From an uncultured cyanobacterium (GTDB taxonomy: Bacteria > Cyanobacteriota > Cyanobacteriia > Cyanobacteriales > CAWUOF01), in NCBI GenBank assembly GCA_963744145.1, contig CAVUSO010000001.1:5216001-5280000 (forward strand): DNA of 64,000 bases, in the 5' to 3' direction. Made by a program: the position numbers and the translations under genes. Within the stretch, counting starts at the first letter, position 1; every line of letters begins with the position of its first letter. Positions 61,138 through 64,000 of the stretch are shown piece after piece. Under the pieces are notes generated by a model. The model had not been told where the DNA came from. It searched no databases and saw nothing but the letters and a program-made list of their open reading frames with translations.

Positions 61138-63432
61138 CTATAACCGACTGCTAAATGCCAAACAGTATATGGTAATTGTAATTAATACGATCCCCATATA
61201 CAGGAACCTAGCGCTAATACTGAGCAATCTGATCGCATTTTTATGTCCTTTACCTCGCAAACTTTCCACGATTAACCCAATTAGAAGACAGAACAAACAG
61301 AGACTAAAGAAGATATAGAAACCATATTCGATCGCAAATATATAGCCCGTGCTAGCAAGTTGAGAGTTGATTCCAGTTAAAAGTAATGCACTAGACAAGA
61401 GTGCAGATATAGCGACAGTTAGACGCTCTTTTACCATGTTCTCTGAAAAAAAGAGCGTACTAAATAATACTAATACCAAGAGACCCAATGGCAGTAATGT
61501 CTTGACTAAGAAAATGATAAACTGTCTTTGCAGTGTAATATTAGCAATTAAACCAGGATAATCGAGCTGAAGTTGTGCATTAAACAGTCGTGGATTGCCC
61601 CTAGTTGACTTGCTGCTAAAGGTTTGTTGAGCATATTGGATATTTTTGAAATTCCAGATTTCTAGAGATTTATAGGGATTTTTAATCTCCTCCGGATCAG
61701 GTTTAAACAATTTTAGTCCAAAGATATCGACAACATACATCAGGCGCTCACTGGGGATACGGATGTTTTGAAAGTAGAGTTTCAATGTTTGCTGATCAAA
61801 CGGGTAATCATGGAAATCATAGTTATTTCTAAATTCACCAGTAATATGATAAAGGCGATAGTTCAGTCCGTTAATAATATCAGTACGGATCGGTTTTTTT
61901 GGGTCGAATAAAGGCAGATTAGCATCCAGACTATTAGCAATACCCGTCGGAAAATTAATCGCGATCGCATCCTCATTACCACTGTAGCGCATCCATAAAT
62001 AAAAATCAGCAATAAAGCTGGATTTACTCTGATCAACGCGATTCAATTTGTTAATATCAATTCCCGTATATACTACTTCTTGTCTCCAGAAATATTGCTG
62101 ATTTGTTTGATGTGAATCAGTTAACTTAATCATATTTCCATTATTAATTTCTCGCTCCAAATTTACCAATTCAAAATGTTTTACAGGACTAAGCTGAGTT
62201 GAAGCTGAGATAATTGAGCGTCCGATAAACTGACCAAATCTAATTGCTGGATTATTATCATGATTGGCATTGAAATAAATATCACCGCTCAATCCTTTAA
62301 CAGCGACATCCGGAGAGTTAATGGCTTCAAGCTGATTACGAATTTGTTGGCGATCGCGTTTGATACTGGTAGGAGTATTTTGAATATTGGCGTTTTGAAT
62401 TGCTCGCACTGCCACCATAGCCGCATTGTAAAAGCATACTGCTACATAAGATGGAGACTTTCCATAAGCGTTCTGATAAGCACTGATAAACGATTGAGCT
62501 TCCACACCTGCACTATCTGCAATAATCGGTATCGCAAATCGAAGTCCGTTGATAAAATAACCTGGCTGCTGTTTTTCCTCATCATATTGGTCAAACAGAG
62601 CTGGAAATGTTTCTCTCCCGATGGTATCATTGCCAAGTAGTGTAACATTGAGATTACGTCGATGAATAGCAACAATGAATTCTTTGGCAAATTTATCACT
62701 AATGGCTAGAAAAACAATACCTGGTTCAGGATCTTTTGCTAAATCATTCACAATTTCATCAACAGATAATTGTAAATCCTCTGTTTCCGAGAACAACTCC
62801 CAAATATGTTTGATTTTCCCAGTTTGTTTAAAGGTTGCTGAAAATGCCATGCGAAGTGATCGCCCTGCGGCATCATCTGATGTAATTATGCTCGCAGTAT
62901 TGAATTTCAGTATTTGTTGAGCATATAGTGCTAAAAGAGTTCCCTGTTGCGTGTTAGTAAAAGTTGTGCGGAAATAGTAGGGATTAGCTTGGGTAAGGGT
63001 ATCAGCACTAGCTGTTCCAGTAATAACAGGAATTTCAAGTTTTTTATAAAGGGGAGCGGCTGCTATTGAAGTAGTGCTAGTCAGGTGCCCCAGGGTTACC
63101 AAGGCTGGACTTGTATCAATCTCCTTGACAACTTCCTGTGCAATCGTTGGATAGTCGCGATCATCATATATCAGCAACTTTAGGGGATAGCCATTGACAC
63201 CTCCTTGACGATTGATAGTATTGAAATAAAGTTGTACACCTTGAACCATTTCTTTTGCTGCTTCGCTACGGTTGCTGCCCAATGGAGCTACTAAAGCAAT
63301 CGGAATCGCATGAGCTTTTTTTAAATTTTGGCGGATCAGACCAGTAACTAACCCAAGTATAAGTAATGTTACTAAGGTAATTCCGACGTATTTTGTATAT
63401 TTATTGGTTCTCAACCGACTGAATTGCTGCAT
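61138..63432 (-). CDS. Periplasmic binding protein (LivJ/PBP1-like) fused to a pentameric ligand-gated ion channel subunit
   Basis: N-terminal TM; PBP (NRQGGVNG, GHLTS, YYFRT); beta-sandwich with DFYLW and Pro-loop YPFDQQ; pre-M1 R; four TM helices with LLP. Confidence 0.8.
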   Translation of the reverse strand: MQQFSRLRTNKYTKYVGITLVTLLILGLVTGLIRQNLKKAHAIPIALVAPLGSNRSEAAKEMVQGVQLYFNTINRQGGVNGYPLKLLIYDDRDYPTIAQEVVKEIDTSPALVTLGHLTSTTSIAAAPLYKKLEIPVITGTASADTLTQANPYYFRTTFTNTQQGTLLALYAQQILKFNTASIITSDDAAGRSLRMAFSATFKQTGKIKHIWELFSETEDLQLSVDEIVNDLAKDPEPGIVFLAISDKFAKEFIVAIHRRNLNVTLLGNDTIGRETFPALFDQYDEEKQQPGYFINGLRFAIPIIADSAGVEAQSFISAYQNAYGKSPSYVAVCFYNAAMVAVRAIQNANIQNTPTSIKRDRQQIRNQLEAINSPDVAVKGLSGDIYFNANHDNNPAIRFGQFIGRSIISASTQLSPVKHFELVNLEREINNGNMIKLTDSHQTNQQYFWRQEVVYTGIDINKLNRVDQSKSSFIADFYLWMRYSGNEDAIAINFPTGIANSLDANLPLFDPKKPIRTDIINGLNYRLYHITGEFRNNYDFHDYPFDQQTLKLYFQNIRIPSERLMYVVDIFGLKLFKPDPEEIKNPYKSLEIWNFKNIQYAQQTFSSKSTRGNPRLFNAQLQLDYPGLIANITLQRQFIIFLVKTLLPLGLLVLVLFSTLFFSENMVKERLTVAISALLSSALLLTGINSQLASTGYIFAIEYGFYIFFSLCLFCLLIGLIVESLRGKGHKNAIRLLSISARFLYMGIVLITITIYCLAFSSRL

Positions 63433-63476
63433 AACTGCTAATATTGGATTTAATTAAAAGTACAAGATCAATGATT

Positions 63477-64000
63477 TCAACTAATACGGTCCTTAAACAT
63501 AACCCAATAAACGATTACCGTCATTACCATCACTAGAATGTAAATAATTCGCGCTGCTTGATCAAGCCTTCTTGCCTGGAGATTATGTCCTTTCACGTTC
63601 AGGTTATCAGTGATAATAGAAATTGTTATACTGAACAAACTTAAGCAAAAGAAAATGTAGAAAACGTATTCTAATACTATGATATAGCCAACTTCCGATA
63701 GTTGATTGTTCATCCCAACTAGCAGTACCGTACCGGTAATTAAAGCTGCTACAGCAACGGGTGGACGATCTTTGCTGATTTTATGCGGAAAGTAAAGTGT
63801 TGTCATTGGTACAAGCATCAGCAAGAATAAAGGCAGCAGATTTTTGACTAAAAACACTAAGGAGCGTCGTTGCAAGGTGACAGTAGCACTTAAACCAGAG
63901 TAATCTACCCGATTTTTACTGCCAAATAGACGCGGATCGCCCTCATTAGATGTGATCCGAAAGGCTTCCTGAGCATAATCGAGCTGCTTAAATTTCCAAA
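63477..64000 (-). CDS. Second pLGIC-type subunit (5'-truncated by window edge)
   Basis: Frame open to the window edge; WKFKQLDYAQ...DPRLF...DYSGL...LQRR plus four TM helices align with the downstream paralog. Confidence 0.8.
   Translation of the reverse strand, partial: WKFKQLDYAQEAFRITSNEGDPRLFGSKNRVDYSGLSATVTLQRRSLVFLVKNLLPLFLLMLVPMTTLYFPHKISKDRPPVAVAALITGTVLLVGMNNQLSEVGYIIVLEYVFYIFFCLSLFSITISIITDNLNVKGHNLQARRLDQAARIIYILVMVMTVIVYWVMFKDRIS

Overview
This is cyanobacterial chromosomal DNA, judged by abundant HIP1 GCGATCGC sites and psbU. Housekeeping genes (nadB, psbU, uppP, cobI, recA, glgC, a DnaJ-family gene, 2-Cys peroxiredoxin, tRNA-Val(GAC)) are mixed with accessory material. Five items stand out. 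(1) A stand-alone 998-aa protein (5485-8481) whose C-terminal ~430 aa follow the MID-PIWI layout of Argonautes but lack the catalytic aspartates. (2) A split type III-B-variant CRISPR-Cas locus: a Cmr6-Cmr1 fusion, a 29-repeat array interrupted by an ISAs1 element, then cmr5-cmr4-cmr3-cas10 and a CARF-HEPN-like effector. Cas10 has no HD domain, Cmr4 has Asn at the usual catalytic Asp, and no cas1, cas2 or cas6 is in the window. (3) Two tandem Pro-loop pentameric ligand-gated channel genes, at least one fused to a periplasmic binding domain. (4) Three NsiR1-like small-RNA units. (5) A small secreted peptide with a DUF928-like motif next to a CHASE2 diguanylate cyclase. The window also holds an IS4 element inserted in a REP-like hairpin, MITEs with 10-bp target duplications, and several pseudogenes. 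All family calls come from motifs recognised by eye; no searches were run.
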